Of a stretch of DNA of 64,000 bases, positions 1-12,810 are shown piece by piece. The notes beneath the pieces are model-generated. The model did no database searches. It saw only the letters and a list, made by a program, of their open reading frames with translations, and was not told the origin of the DNA. Numbering within the stretch: the first letter of the stretch is position 1; every line of letters begins with the position of its first letter. The DNA is taken from positions 124,001-188,000 of the forward strand of contig OZ025738.1 of assembly GCA_964019335.1 (NCBI GenBank), in the 5' to 3' direction. The stretch comes from Diplonema japonicum. Lineage: Eukaryota; Protista; Euglenozoa: Diplonemea. Both the position numbers and the translations under genes were made by a program.

Positions 1-1296
1 CGCTGTACCCGGCGCCACACGAATACCAACCCGCTGTCGCTGGTCCACCGCAACCCCAGCGTATTGCTGGTACTTCTGTGCCACCGAGACGGCCATCTCG
101 AGTGTCATACCCTTCTTCAGCCACACCACGCTGTCAGAGGTCTCATCCATCGGCAGCCTTGCGGTGATCCCGTCCTTGCCACTCCTACCTAGTAGCTCCG
201 GTGCTCTGTTGGATGCCACACAGACCGTGGTCTTCGCGCACTCCGGGTATACCCTCGGCCTGGAGAGGTCGAAGTCCTTACCTCCAACCCAGGTGGTGAA
301 CATTTTGTTGGCCTCATCCAACGAGGACTTCTTGTGTAGCGTGAGATGCACCAGCGTCGTGCACTTCTTCTTGATGGTTTCCGCCTGTCTTGCCATGGGG
401 GCGAGATCGGACCAACCCATATGTGACATCCAAACTGTCAGTGATGTCGTGCCGGAGCGGTCTGGAAGGTCAAACGCGACTTGTTGCTTCTTGCCAGGGA
501 TCGCTGGTAGCGGTTGGCGGGAGATGAGAGTGAGGTGCTCCGGTTTGTGGTGCGACAGGTGCCATTCGCACGCTGCCATGTCTTCCTGCTCGACTAGCAT
601 GACACCACAGCAGTTTTCCGTCACACCGATGATGTCTGTAATGATCGGGAATGTCCAATCCAATTCGCGCAGCTTCAAGTTCGCAAATGTTTTCGGTGGG
701 AGGGGTTCCTTCCCGGCGATCATCTCCGGGAGGGATGCGGTCTCCGGCCGTACCAGGACTGGGTTGGTCGTCAACAGGCCGTCCGGGCCGTCCGCGTCTT
801 CCTTCTTCAGGGCGTAGTATTCACCCCCGATCTCAGCCAGCCAGCCGACTGGCACCCCCTGCGCGTGGCCAATCATCTGTGTAGTGATGACCTCCCCGTC
901 CGTCTTGACGAGCCCAATGGGCGCGCCAATGCGCTCCGCGTAAGCGAGGATGGCGACTTCGTCGCCCCTTGCATTCCACTTCCTCAGGCTCGCGACGTAG
1001 TCGTCGAGCCTGACGGCAAGGAACCTCGCGTACAGCTCCTTGTTCGACTCCATCACCGACGCAACCAACTCGCGGATCGTCGCTTCGGCGCTTACCTCTC
1101 CGTGTCTGATAAAGGAGAGACAGCGAAATAGTTGTCCTCCTTGGTTACCGCATGAACGCAGGCGGAAACCGTAGCTCCTCACCTGCCCGTCGTACCACTT
1201 ACGCACCTGATGTGCCCACCCCTTCTCGCTCGTCTCTTCGCGGCCGAAGCCCCCGGGCGGCGCCTCCGAGGAGGCGGACGAGCCGGGTTTTGTCAT
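1..1296 (-). mobile_element. 5' part of a LINE ORF1 (OTU-like N-terminus plus gag-like region), running off the window start
   Basis: My translation from ATG 1296 (MTKPGSSASS...) is open for 432 codons to position 1; it is absent from the ORF track because it has no stop in the window. Its C-terminal part (GRSGKDGITARLP..VVWLKKGMTLEMAV..RVGIR) aligns by eye with ORF1 of the 28956-35517 LINE (GTSGRGGVFVKP..VAWLPKETTLKEAL..RLGVR). Confidence 0.8.
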
Positions 1297-1498
1297 TTTG
1301 AATGATTTGATAGTTTACCCAGTAACCCCCCCGAAAAAAAAAACGGGGCAAAAAGATCATCCTTTTTCCTTTCTTTTTTCCTCTTTTTTGTTTAACCTCA
1401 CGCCAGTTTGCAGCGAGGAGAAAGAAAAAAAAAAAAAAAAGAAAATCGGATTTTTTACGTCATCCCCCCCCCTCTTATCTTTTTTTTTCTTCCGTCGC

Positions 1499-1960
1499 TC
1501 AACACACCACACAGACGGCACACTGCACATCGCAACCAGGGTCACTATCTATCGGGAGGGAAAGGCACTCTAGCTCGAGATCGTTGGGGATGTTGTGCTT
1601 TATGCACACCGAGTCGAGGAGGGTTCGGAGGGCAGGCAGGTGCTTGGTCAAAGTTGCGTCCTCCCTCAAGGGCAGGGCTACAGTGAGGTGAACCCCCTCA
1701 AAGAGGAGAATACACTCACTTGAAGTTGCCTGAAACCGTGCGCCCGTGATCTTGTGCATCATCAGAGAGCCGTTGCAGGTCAGTCTGGCTGCTCCACTGG
1801 CGTCCTTCCCAAACACAACCCACCCTGCCCCCGCAGGCCTTGGGTCGAGAAATCTCACAACCGGTTCTGAAAAACCATCGTTATCACCGGTCCTTGCTTC
1901 TTGCGTGTTCTGTTCCTTGAGCCACGCCATGCATGGCCCTGGACAGGCGGCCATCTTCAC
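1499..1960 (-). CDS. hypothetical protein
   Basis: GC-rich ORF between AT-rich tracts, on the common coding strand; no recognisable motif. Confidence 0.3.
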   Translation of the reverse strand: MKMAACPGPCMAWLKEQNTQEARTGDNDGFSEPVVRFLDPRPAGAGWVVFGKDASGAARLTCNGSLMMHKITGARFQATSSECILLFEGVHLTVALPLREDATLTKHLPALRTLLDSVCIKHNIPNDLELECLSLPIDSDPGCDVQCAVCVVC

Positions 1961-2140
1961 CCATCCAGTGGTGTCCTGAATTTTCTTTTTTTTTCTTGTA
2001 TTTCAAAAAAAAAAAAAAAGAAACGAATAAAAATCTCGTTGAACAAATAGAAAAGAAGAAGAAAAAAGAAAAAAAGAAAAAAAAAAAAGGACCTCGAGAC
2101 AGAAGTCTCATCTCCCCCCCCCCCCGTAGAACAAAAAGAA

Positions 2141-2206
2141 AATATGAGTTAAAGGAAGTCTTTGTGAGACGCCCCCTTGTTCTCATCTTCTACCTGCACC
2201 TATCCC
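2141..2206 (-). mobile_element. LINE family B 3' terminus (last codons plus hairpin 3' UTR)
   Basis: Matches the 3' ends at 9850, 17369 and 23600 (GGGATAGGTGCAGGTAG..ATGAGAACAAGGGGGCGTCTCACAAAGACTTCCTTTAACTCATAT). Confidence 0.85.
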
Positions 2207-2979
2207 GAAGAAAAGAGTAGTGGTAGCGTTGTTTTGACGTATCCCTCTACAGGTTACTCCCGCACGGCGTGTGACAATAAAATCGTCTCTTTCATTTGTT
2301 TTCTCTTTTTTTTGAATAAAGAAAAAAATAAAAAATATGGCGTGTGTTTATTCATTGTTTGTTGTGCAAAATGGTTACAAGCCCTTCGAACAAGGGATTA
2401 TGTGTAACACATAAGTACTGCCAAAATATTTTCCCACCATAAAAAAAAAAAAAAAAAAAGAAAAATCAGATCGTTAACCGTTTGGTACTACACAATTAAA
2501 GGCCGCTTTTACAAAGACCAGCCAAGAGTCAACAAGAAAAAAAAAAAAAAAAAAGGAAGAAAAAAGAAAAAGAAGGATAGCAGGGACACGGGGCCAAGGG
2601 AAGGGAAGGGGTAGAGACCCCCCCCTCTGCGCGTGTGCCAAAGGGGAAAAGAAATATGTGTATGAGGCAAAAAAAAAAAAAAAAAAAAAGGATGTGTTTT
2701 GTAAATCCGTCGATTCTTTCTCTCTCACACTGGGCACGAACCCCGTGAGAAAAAGGAAAGCAAAATCTTTTTCTCTTCTTTCTTCTTTTATATCCTTACA
2801 AGAACCAAGGACAACACTGAAACCGAGCAAGACCCTTTGTGGAGGTGGATAAACAAAAAAAAAGAGAGGTCAAGGGGGGGGGGGGGGGGGGGGGGGAAGC
2901 CGTTCGGGTCCGTCGTCGCTGCTGATCGCAAAAAATCTGAAATATATGTAAACGATTACGTCACACTTTTCTATGGGAG

Positions 2980-3013
<34 letters not shown>

Positions 3014-3062
3014 AGAGAAGATAATAGTACAGATATAGAGAATCCCCCCCCCCCCCCCCCCC

Positions 3063-3983
3063 CTACCCTCCAGCGTCTCCGCCTTGCAAGTTGAGGTGCC
3101 GTGCAACGCCTGCGGCAATCCCCTGCGCTGCCTTATTTATGCCATCTTCGCTGAGTCGATAGTCCTTTCCGAACTCAAGCTGGATGCACTCCACACCTTG
3201 AAAGCTCGCCAGCCCATAACACTGCACGGTCCACCCTCCTGAAAACCCCGGTTTTTCACTGAACCCTTCCTTCGGGTGGACGTCAACAGCACGAGACACC
3301 ATCCCAGCAAGAACAGGGTGTCCATAAGGAGTGTCAACCAATGTACAGGTCCGTCCATGCCCAGTTCCTCGGTACGTGATATTCGGCGACCTTGAATCCC
3401 CATGCCCGTGGATATCAAGGAGAAGCGCTGATTTCGAGCCAATCTTCTTAATACATGTTTCTACTAAAGAGTGATATGAATAGTAATACAGATTGCCTTG
3501 CCGTGAACCCTGCGCATAGGCAAGGGAAGGTGCCCTGTTTAGATCCACGTATCGCCTGTGGCATTTTGCCACAACGTAGAATGGTTTGATGCCGTAGTTG
3601 CGGTGGAGGAGTTCCACTGCAGAGAGTGCTACCTTGTCGGTGCTGATGTCGCCTGTTTTGCTGAACTTGACCCCAGCAGGGTACCATGATGGGAATGTCC
3701 GGATTTCGCCGTGAGGGAGCGCGGTCCTTCCCCCGTGAGGAGCGGTTAGGATCACAGGAACGTTTCCCTCCGTGCAGAACTCGAACAGCCCCGGGTTGTC
3801 CTTCAAGTACTGCCTCACCTCGGAGACAGTAGGAACTGCGCTCATCTCTGGAAAGACATCCTTCTTCCTTGCTTCTTCGGTGTTGGACACGTTGCGCAGC
3901 TTCGTCTCCTCTACCTCTCCGACGTGCGCTGGGTCTCGAAGCAGTAGGCTCGTTCGCACCGAGGACAGGTCCTTGGACTCCAT
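3063..3983 (-). CDS. N-formylglutamate amidohydrolase (FGase/HutG-like) family protein
   Basis: Motifs TAPHGG, HRRYVDLNR, YH, LLLDIHG and CIQLE. Probable start is MESKD at 3983; the upstream ORF extension is a T-tract. Confidence 0.75.
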   Translation of the reverse strand: MESKDLSSVRTSLLLRDPAHVGEVEETKLRNVSNTEEARKKDVFPEMSAVPTVSEVRQYLKDNPGLFEFCTEGNVPVILTAPHGGRTALPHGEIRTFPSWYPAGVKFSKTGDISTDKVALSAVELLHRNYGIKPFYVVAKCHRRYVDLNRAPSLAYAQGSRQGNLYYYSYHSLVETCIKKIGSKSALLLDIHGHGDSRSPNITYRGTGHGRTCTLVDTPYGHPVLAGMVSRAVDVHPKEGFSEKPGFSGGWTVQCYGLASFQGVECIQLEFGKDYRLSEDGINKAAQGIAAGVARHLNLQGGDAGG

Positions 3984-4189
3984 CTTTCCTTTTCTTTTTA
4001 ATTCTTCCTGTATTATAATGGGATAATAATAATAAATAAAAAGGGAAAAGAAGAAGAAAAAAAAAAAAAGAGGCGCTTTCATTTGTTTGCGTCACGTCAG
4101 CTCTTTTAAAATTCAAGGGAGGGAAACTGCCGAGCTTTTTTTCTTTCTTTTCTTCGTTGATCTTTACCCCTCATCCAAAAAGAAAATTT

Positions 4190-4700
4190 GATAAATTTCG
4201 GTGTGCGGGTGGGTGCTCACCGTTCAGGGAGAAATTCACACTAATCGGTCACCGTTCTGCGGTTGCTGTCTGGTGCCTGCGGTGGCTGTTTGTCGCGATG
4301 AGATGGACGGCATCTGGGCGAGAAACATTGCTTGGAGTCGTGCTAGGTAGGGGGCGGTTTGGCTCGAGGAGTAGAGTGGTCTCCTGTCGTAGCCGTGTGT
4401 CGTCCTGCCTGCGTACCATCTTAGGCTTTTCAGCCACCTGAGGACGCTCTTCATGTAGAACATTAGGACCTTTCCCGACGCTCCGTTCGATTTCAACAGC
4501 TCCACTGTGGGCACAGTGTGCTGCTTCCCCGTTGTGATCTCATCCCACGGGTTGGTGGTGAGGATTCTGGTGCTCCGTTCAGCCGCTCTGGCGTCTCGTC
4601 TTGACACGACATCCAACAGGTATCGTTGCACGACTGCCGCCTGTTGCTTCGCAGCCCCCGTTGCGCCCCTTGGAATGATCCCGTGGAGGGCGGTCACTGC
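4190..4700 (-). mobile_element. 5'-truncated LINE (family C), ORF2 C-terminus and 3' end
   Basis: LHGIIPRG..QRYLLDVVSRRD..VLRWLKSLRW matches LHAILPRG..QRYLAVVVEKRD..LLQWLSQLRW of the full LINE. The 3' 80 bp recur at 40191-40270 and 43342-43421. Confidence 0.75.
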
Positions 4701-4825
4701 AGGTAGCTGAAATGGTTTTAAGTTAGGATGAAGAAGCGAAGAAATAGATAAAAAGGGGTGGGAAAGAATAAATACTGCATACGAAAACAGAGAGTCGAGT
4801 AAAAAAGGGAAAAGGTGACTGACAT

Positions 4826-6640
4826 CCTCAAGAGGAGCCTCCCACGTACCAGGAATTAAGCAGAGGTTGCTTCCATGGCCCGTATCAGTCTATCGCCAGA
4901 AAGAATAATGAAAATAACATAACAAAGAGAAGGGGAGAAGAAACGGAAAAAGACGGCTTGGTCATCAGAGAATGTTGACCCAAATGCGTCGGCGGACGCA
5001 GTTTAACGTCATACCCGGGACGGAAACCATGTCGGGAGAGCAGAAGGGAAGTTAAAAGTCAAGAAGTGGAAAAGGAAAAGGCGGAAACTAAAATCATAGG
5101 GTGCGAGGTCTGTGAGACCCTGCATAGCCTATCGCCCTCGTAGCACGCCGGGCCGGCAATCCTACATTGCGTAGGGTCGTCTCCAGTAGTTCCTAGTTGT
5201 AGGAGTTCAGCACAGTCGACCACTGTGACTCGCTGTAGTAGAGGTGCAAGCCCTGGACATGCAGCTGAGGTCAAAGACGGCCTCGCCCTGGGAAAGGAAG
5301 CCCAGGTGTCGAAGCTCATCCAGGTCCTCAGGGCCGTCGACGTCTGCTTCCCTGGTGAGCCTCTTAAGGGCGACAAGTCCAGTGACTCTGGTGTTCGGCC
5401 TCGTCGCGGCGAGATCCCGTTTGGCCGCGGGAAGGGCGGGGCCGTCTTCGGGTTCCGGGCGTTTGTTCCTCTGCCCGTTGTAGGTGAGCAGGAGAGGGGT
5501 CCTCCCTGGAGTCCTAGTCTCGTCACCTCTTGGGGCCTCGGAACCGAAGAGTGGGTGTTTCCAGCCGCCTTGGGCGAAGAACTCCGACCACCACTGTTGC
5601 TGTACCGCGGTGTTCAGCCCCGAGTGCCATTCGTGAGACAACCGAAGACGTTCGGTGGTAGGCAACGCCTTGTGCGCAATCAGAAGAAGCTGTTCCTGGT
5701 TGGCGACGGTTGCCTGTTGGTCGGCAGTTCTATCCGTGTCACGGGCCTCGAGCAGCAGTTGATGTGGAGAGGTGTCCAGGTGCATCGGGAGGGGACCGAC
5801 CGACAGGAGCTGACGCTGGTGTTCGTCCAAGAGCTCCGGGTGTCGCCGGAAGTAGACCAAGAGACTGAGGTATCGATCCATCCGTCTCTGGAGGGCCCTT
5901 CGGTTGAGGGCTTCCTGATCAAAACCCTGTGACTGCTCGCGCAGGATGAGAAGATCCCCATCGCCTGTGGAGGAACTCTTACCACGACGGCTTTCGTGCT
6001 CGTAAGCAGTGCCGTCGTGCTTCTTCTTGCGCGAGGGTCTGTCCGGGGAGTCCTGCGTGAGGTCGATCATTTCTAAACCACCATCCGCCTGGTGAGGGTC
6101 TAGGGGAGCGTCTGCCTCGGCTCGGGCCACGGGCGGCTCCAGGGTCAACGTCGTGTCTCTCTGGGCGTTGACCACCGGTTGAAGCGTCGCGTGTCCCATG
6201 GCGGGAGCCATCGGCGTATCCATCCCGAGTCCGATGTTCTCATGGACGGACGTGATGCAAGGAGTGAGCTGTACCTGGCGGGCGCCGAGGGGGGCGTCTG
6301 CCAGAACGGGCGTTGTCACGGCTCGGGCGAGCGATGACTCCACAGCCGACGTTGTCACAATCTGGGAGCCGACCACTGGTTGGAGTGTCACGTGTCCCAT
6401 GGTAGACGACGGCATCGGTGTGTCACTCCCGTGTAGGTCACTTCGTGTCATCCCGCCATATCTTTCGTTTGTCAGGGCAGCTCTCGCTGGTGCACATTCC
6501 CACAGGGCGTGCTCCGTGACTTCTGTCGTCGTCTGGCATCGATGGTCGCAGACGTCGCACGCAAGAGACGAGCTTTCCACACCCTCACGTTCATCCAATT
6601 GCTTCCCCCACACTCGAGGGTGTACCGTGAACACTGCACC
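4826..6640 (-). mobile_element. 5'-truncated LINE (family D') with C-terminal Zn finger, long tail and structured 3' UTR
   Basis: ORF 5207-6634 has CDVC..EHALWEC and RYLSLLVYFRR. Its 3' region shares two motifs (GCCCTCGTAGC.CGCCGGGCC and GCCTCCCACGT..AGCAGAGG.TGC, + strand) with the TSD-flanked insertions at 24395 and 56440. Confidence 0.65.
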
Positions 6641-6686
6641 GCAGAAAGAAAAAAAAAGAGAGAAGAAGAGAGAAAGAGAGTTGAGT

Positions 6687-6723
<37 letters not shown>

Positions 6724-6856
6724 CGCACCCACTAGTGGGTTGGAAGTGTCTCGAGACGCTCACCCGGGTACTCAGGACCGTACTGGTGTTCTCATTCCAC
6801 AAGCTTTGCTGGTTGTTTGGCACTTTACACTCTTTTTTTATTTTTTATTTTTATTA

Positions 6857-7214
6857 TCACGTTATAGGGGTGGGGTAAAACTTGTTCAGGGGGGCTTTTT
6901 TATTTTCACTGCTGCGTCTGTCTCGTCGGCTGCTGTGGTGGGGGATGGGATCTCGGGATTCTGAATGAATCAGCCGCCTTCTGATTGACTTGCTACTTCG
7001 GCAGGTTAGATGGTTGTTGTGGAGTTGTTGCGGAGGGGGGCAGGTCCCCGGTGTCTTTGAGGTATTGGATTGCTTTTCGTGGGTTCTCCACAAGGATGTG
7101 TCTCAGCGTCAGGGTGTCGAAGTGTTTGTCCCTGCTTGCTTTGGATGACGGGCAGTCTAGGAAGAGATGTTGGAGGGTTCGCTTCGTGTTGGGGCCGCAG
7201 TGTTGTGTTTCCAC
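6857..7214 (-). mobile_element. Ingi/I-like LINE 3' fragment
   Basis: TLQHLFLDCP..ENPRKAIQYLKDTG resembles the C-terminus at 54612-55007. A second copy lies at about 50523-50845. Confidence 0.65.
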
Positions 7215-7360
7215 CCTCCTTCTCCTCGATCAGAAAAGATAGGGCGAAGGGAAGCACGGATAATTCCTTTTAAAAGGTCATGTTTCTCTTTCCTTCCACA
7301 ATATTCCGATTTCTTGCCCCCCCCCCCGCGTCGAGCAAAGAAGTACGGGAAACAGAAACA

Positions 7361-7503
7361 TAATTCTTTATGACTATATGTCTTTGTTGTTCGCACGAGC
7401 AAAAAAAAAGGTTTTTAAAAAGCTGCGAAGGTTTTTTGCTGCGGCACAAGTTGCATATAGTTATAAAATCATTTTTCTGAAAGATTTAAATATTTGTAAC
7501 AAA
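7361..7503. repeat. palindromic ~140-bp MITE-like repeat (inverted copy at 61208-61345)
   Basis: Near-identical reverse-complement copy at 61208-61345. Internal inverted repeats ATGACTATATG/CATATAGTTAT and AGCAAAAA/TTTTTGCT. Confidence 0.7.
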
Positions 7504-7582
7504 AAAAAAGAAAAAAACAGTACAAAACAAATAATATCAAGGTAGAGATTAATCCTGCAAGCTGTTCTTCTTTTTTTTCGTT

Positions 7583-9727
7583 TCAGGAATGTGTAACCAT
7601 GAGATATGCAACTAGCACAAAAGCCTGGAACATTAAAAGCAAAGCCGAGAGGAACCAGAAATACCTCAAGCGCCCGTCCCTAGTACACCAAATTAGTTTC
7701 AGCGTCTCAAGGCATCTCTTGTTGTTCTCTGCCCACCATCCACGTCCCTCTTGCAACATTGACATCTTCCTCTCATGGGGTGGCACCCCACTGTTGCCCA
7801 AAAACTCCTTTCCGACAACCTTAACACTGCTTCTAATGTGGGTAAGATCGATGGTGGCCAAGGACGGGGTGTCGTAAAGAACATAACTGCCGACTTTTTC
7901 CACATGGAGCAAACCGCAGATATCCAACGTGCGGAGTGAACTGCAGCCTCTTAGTACAGAATCCCCGAAGGACGTGACCCCCTTCAGGGGGGTGGCATCC
8001 ACAGCATGCAGAGACACACACCCACTCATAAAGTGAGCACTCACATCTGCCACGCCCTGCAAGGGACTCAAATCCACACCCACTAACGCACTGCAGTTTC
8101 TAAGAAAGCTGGACCCCACCCCCATGAGGTCGGGAGGAAGATGAACAGAGGTGAGGGAGGTACAGTTCTCCAGAAAACTTTCTCCGATCCACCTGACGTG
8201 GCGAAGCCCGCTAAGATCCACTGTGCGTACAGCACTGCAACCACTCAAGAACTCATCAGGCAAACTAGAGGCCACGTTCTGCAAAGAGTTCAAATTCACA
8301 CACATCAAAGCCGGGCAGTCTTTCAGAAAACAGTTGGAAATTCCTCTCACGTTTGGAGGCAGGTCCACTGAAGTGAGGGAGGTGCAGTTGTCTAGAAACC
8401 TCTCCGCGACGTGCAAGAGGTGGCGCATCTGGCTGACATCCACACTCCTTACAGACCTGCAGCCGCGCATGAAGCATCTACCCACGAACATCACCTCCCT
8501 CAGGTTCTTCAAACAGTTCACGTCCACCAAGGCCCCGCAGTCTTCGAGAAAACCAGAGCCTATCTCTGCGAGATTCGGTGAAAGATCCACAGAGGTGAGG
8601 GAACAACAGCCCGATAAAAAGCCGTCCTTGAGGCACATGAGGCGTTGCAGGTGGCTCGCGTCCACAACCTGCAAGGACTCGCAGCCGCTCATGAAGAGGT
8701 CACCCAAAATGGTCAGATTCTGCAGGGGGCGCAAGTCCACTGATTTCAAGGCCTTGCAGTCTTTGAGAAACTCGCTTCCAATATTTGTTAAGAAAGAGGA
8801 CGGGAGAAGCACTGTGGTGAGACGCTCGTTACCTGACAGGAACGCATCACCCAGGAAAGTTACATTCCGCAAAGGGCTCAAATCTGCACAGGGCAAGACC
8901 CTGCAGCCGCTGAGAAAGCGAGAACCGATCTCCGAGACGCTTGGGGGAAATCCTACAGAAGTGAGGGAGGTGCAGTTCTCTAGAAAACCCTCCTTGAGGC
9001 GCATGAGGCGGTGCAGGTAGCTCGCGTCCACAACCTGCAAGGACTCGCAGCCGCTCAGGAAACACCTGCCCACACGGGTCACGTTCTGCAAGGTGCTCAA
9101 GCCAACCGATGGCAGGTCCCTGCAGTCCTTGAGAAAGTCGTCCCCGATGTTGGTTGTAAAGGAAGAGGGAAGGTGTAACGTGGTTAAACTCCCGCTGCCC
9201 GAAAGGAAGCGATCACCTACAGATCTCACATGGTGGAGCTCCGCAAGGTCCACAGAGACTAACCGGCTGTTGCTCAGGAAGGAATCGCCAATCGACGTGA
9301 CAGATGCACGGCTAGTCACTCTGAGGTGTCGCAGTGCGGGGGGCAAGGGAAAGCGTTCTGAAGGGAGATCAAGGCAGCTTGTTCCTGAGGCATCGACCAC
9401 CAGTACCAGGTTGGGGTTCTCCTGCACTCGCTGTAGGATCTCCGGGCGTCGCATCAACAGCTGCCACACTCTGACACACATTGTGTTTGCACCGTCGATG
9501 TATTGCATCTCCAGCTCGCAGCCCTCCTCAACCCCAAGTTGCTGCATCTCCTCCCCTTCGTGCTCTTCGCCCAGAACCTCTCCTTCGTAGCTCAACAGAA
9601 ACGTTCCCTCCTCCGCAGCAGCAGCATCTGCCGCCTTCCTGTACAGGTCCTTCACAGTGTCAGGGCCGGCTAGTTTCACTTCGTGCCTCACGTTGCCAGG
9701 CGTTCTGATGAACCCAGAGAGGGGCAT
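7583..9727 (-). CDS. Ubl-domain + BspA-like leucine-rich-repeat protein with C-terminal TM helix
   Basis: N-terminal HEVKLAGPDTVKDLY..FLLSYEGEVL..LGVEEGCEL (ubiquitin-like), many IGxxFLxxCxSLxSVDL repeats, hydrophobic C-terminus. Start MPLSG at 9727; the longer ORF start lies in a LINE 3' end. Confidence 0.85.
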   Translation of the reverse strand: MPLSGFIRTPGNVRHEVKLAGPDTVKDLYRKAADAAAAEEGTFLLSYEGEVLGEEHEGEEMQQLGVEEGCELEMQYIDGANTMCVRVWQLLMRRPEILQRVQENPNLVLVVDASGTSCLDLPSERFPLPPALRHLRVTSRASVTSIGDSFLSNSRLVSVDLAELHHVRSVGDRFLSGSGSLTTLHLPSSFTTNIGDDFLKDCRDLPSVGLSTLQNVTRVGRCFLSGCESLQVVDASYLHRLMRLKEGFLENCTSLTSVGFPPSVSEIGSRFLSGCRVLPCADLSPLRNVTFLGDAFLSGNERLTTVLLPSSFLTNIGSEFLKDCKALKSVDLRPLQNLTILGDLFMSGCESLQVVDASHLQRLMCLKDGFLSGCCSLTSVDLSPNLAEIGSGFLEDCGALVDVNCLKNLREVMFVGRCFMRGCRSVRSVDVSQMRHLLHVAERFLDNCTSLTSVDLPPNVRGISNCFLKDCPALMCVNLNSLQNVASSLPDEFLSGCSAVRTVDLSGLRHVRWIGESFLENCTSLTSVHLPPDLMGVGSSFLRNCSALVGVDLSPLQGVADVSAHFMSGCVSLHAVDATPLKGVTSFGDSVLRGCSSLRTLDICGLLHVEKVGSYVLYDTPSLATIDLTHIRSSVKVVGKEFLGNSGVPPHERKMSMLQEGRGWWAENNKRCLETLKLIWCTRDGRLRYFWFLSALLLMFQAFVLVAYLMVTHS

Positions 9728-9849
9728 GTTGCTGAATTCTTTTATTACGCTTTCCTTTTTTCTTCTTTGCCCCTGTGCTTGTCTTGAATGGTTCAGAAGT
9801 GAAATAAAAGAAGAAGGAGAAGCATAAACAATTAACGGGATGAAAATAA

Positions 9850-10605
9850 ATATATATGAGTTAAAGGAAGTCTTTGTGAGACGCCCCCTTGTTCTCATCT
9901 TCTACCTGCACCTATCCCCTTTCAGCAGCGGTTTCTCCTCCTTTGGTGGTCTTGCCGGCCTTCTCCCCAGCCTGGCCGCTCTTTCTCTTCGTTCTCTTGC
10001 CCATTGTCCTTTCAACGCCTCTAGGTCATGCTTGGTCTTCGGTGATGCAAATATCGCCCTCCTGTTCCATCCGATCACCGCCTTTGTCCTCCCGATGGAT
10101 CGTAGTGTGTGCACCCTTGTGCTCGGCTCAGCTGGGAAGGCCCTCCTTCCTTTCACCTTCTTCAGACCCTCCCTAGCTCCCATGTGTGCCAGATCTTCTT
10201 CATCAGTCCATGCAATCTCCTCGCTTTCTGCTGTACTTCTGCGAGATCCCCCAGCTTCCCTCCAAGGGTCTTCCCGGTCACGTTCTCGAAATCCAGTGCC
10301 AGCTCCACCGTCGACACTGACGTGTTCCTGCTGCCTGCATACCAGCGCAGTTGCCGCATCCACCTCAGCACCTCCTTCGTGTACTCACGTAGGACATCCC
10401 CTGCCGGTAGCTTGCCGAAGTCCTTGTCCGACGGTACTGGGTGTTCTTGTCCTTGTGTGATCTCCAGCCACTGGTGTGTGTGGTACGCCTCCTGCCTCTT
10501 CGCTTGTAGGGCTAATAAAGAAATTACAACCCGTTCGTGCAGTTGGCTGCCTATTAACATCTGCTCTTCCACTACGGGTGATGACCGACGAGGAGGTCAA
10601 CAGCG
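9850..10605 (-). mobile_element. 5'-truncated LINE family B
   Basis: Frameshifted VLRWMRQLRW..STVELALDFE..RRAFPAEP..IGWNRRAIFA..KGDRCR* is homologous to the full LINE C-terminus and ends in the family hairpin. Confidence 0.85.
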
Positions 10606-10757
10606 AACAACAACACACTGCTGCCCTTCATAAAAGAAAACTACAATTCTTTTTATTTCCTTCCCCTGGTCAACCCCGTCCCACCCACGGAGACCATCGA
10701 TCGACGTGAGAGACTTGTTCCCGTTCATGAAATAATCCCCAATCTCCGCAACACCCT

Positions 10758-12015
<1,258 letters not shown>

Positions 12016-12059
12016 CCCAAATTACCAGCCCCTGAACTTAAAAAAGAAATGGGGCTTAA

Positions 12060-12491
12060 ACTGTCGGTGCCTCATCTAAAAACGACGGTTTCTAGTTTGT
12101 AGCATCTATCCAAGAAGAAATCACCGATGGACTTAATATTGGTCATCGCATTCGAGTCGATGGTTTCTTTTTCTAAGCCCCACATCCACTACCAGAACAA
12201 GTTCAGGGTCAGCTGACACAAGACCCTCAAGCTCAGTCAGACCTTCTGAGCTCTTTAGCTCCTCCAGCTGAACGGTTCTCATCAAGCCCTCCACGAGCCC
12301 AACTCCCTAAAGCTCTTCCGCCGTTCCTGTCAAGGACCTCACCCTCCCAAACCAGTTAGAACCTGCCTCCTGAGTAAACCAGCAGCACACCCCGCCTTCT
12401 TGTACAGGCTCCCCACCGTCTCCTTCCCCGACACTTCCACATCGTGAAAAATGTTCGCCCCTTTATCCAAACTCGTTCTCTTTCCATTCAT
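12060..12491 (-). pseudogene. Ubl-LRR gene 5' remnant (paralog of 48835-49986)
   Basis: High DNA similarity to 49660-49945 (HDVEVSGKE.VGSLYKKA; LEGLVSADPELVLVV), with frameshifts and truncation. Confidence 0.8.
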
Positions 12492-12810
12492 GTTCTTTTC
12501 TTTTCTTTCTCCCCCCCCCCCCCCACACTTTTGTTTTTATTTTGCTTGTCTTGAAGACTTCTGAAGTGAAATGAAGAAGAAGAAGAAGAAGAAGAAGAAG
12601 AAGCAGAGGATCCTCAAAAGAACCCACTGTAAAGATAATGTTTTCTCGTCAAGAGAAAGTGACGAGAATAAAAAGGGACAACACCAAATACCCAAAAAAA
12701 GTACTGAAAATTCACTAAGATTCCAGGGGTGGGGGGGGGAGGGACTTTTTCTGTTTCTGGCCGGCGGTGACTGTAAACCTCCCCCCCCCCCCCCCCCCCC
12801 CCCCTCCAAC

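Noticed and set aside
164-817. plus-strand ORFs such as 164-817, 8151-9020, 33685-34878, 52706-53776 and 56721-57689
   Set aside because: Antisense shadows of GC-rich minus-strand coding regions with no motifs of their own.
9728-9898. MRTRGRLTKTSFNSY N-terminal extension shared by several ORFs
   Set aside because: It is the translated family B 3' hairpin, not a conserved peptide.
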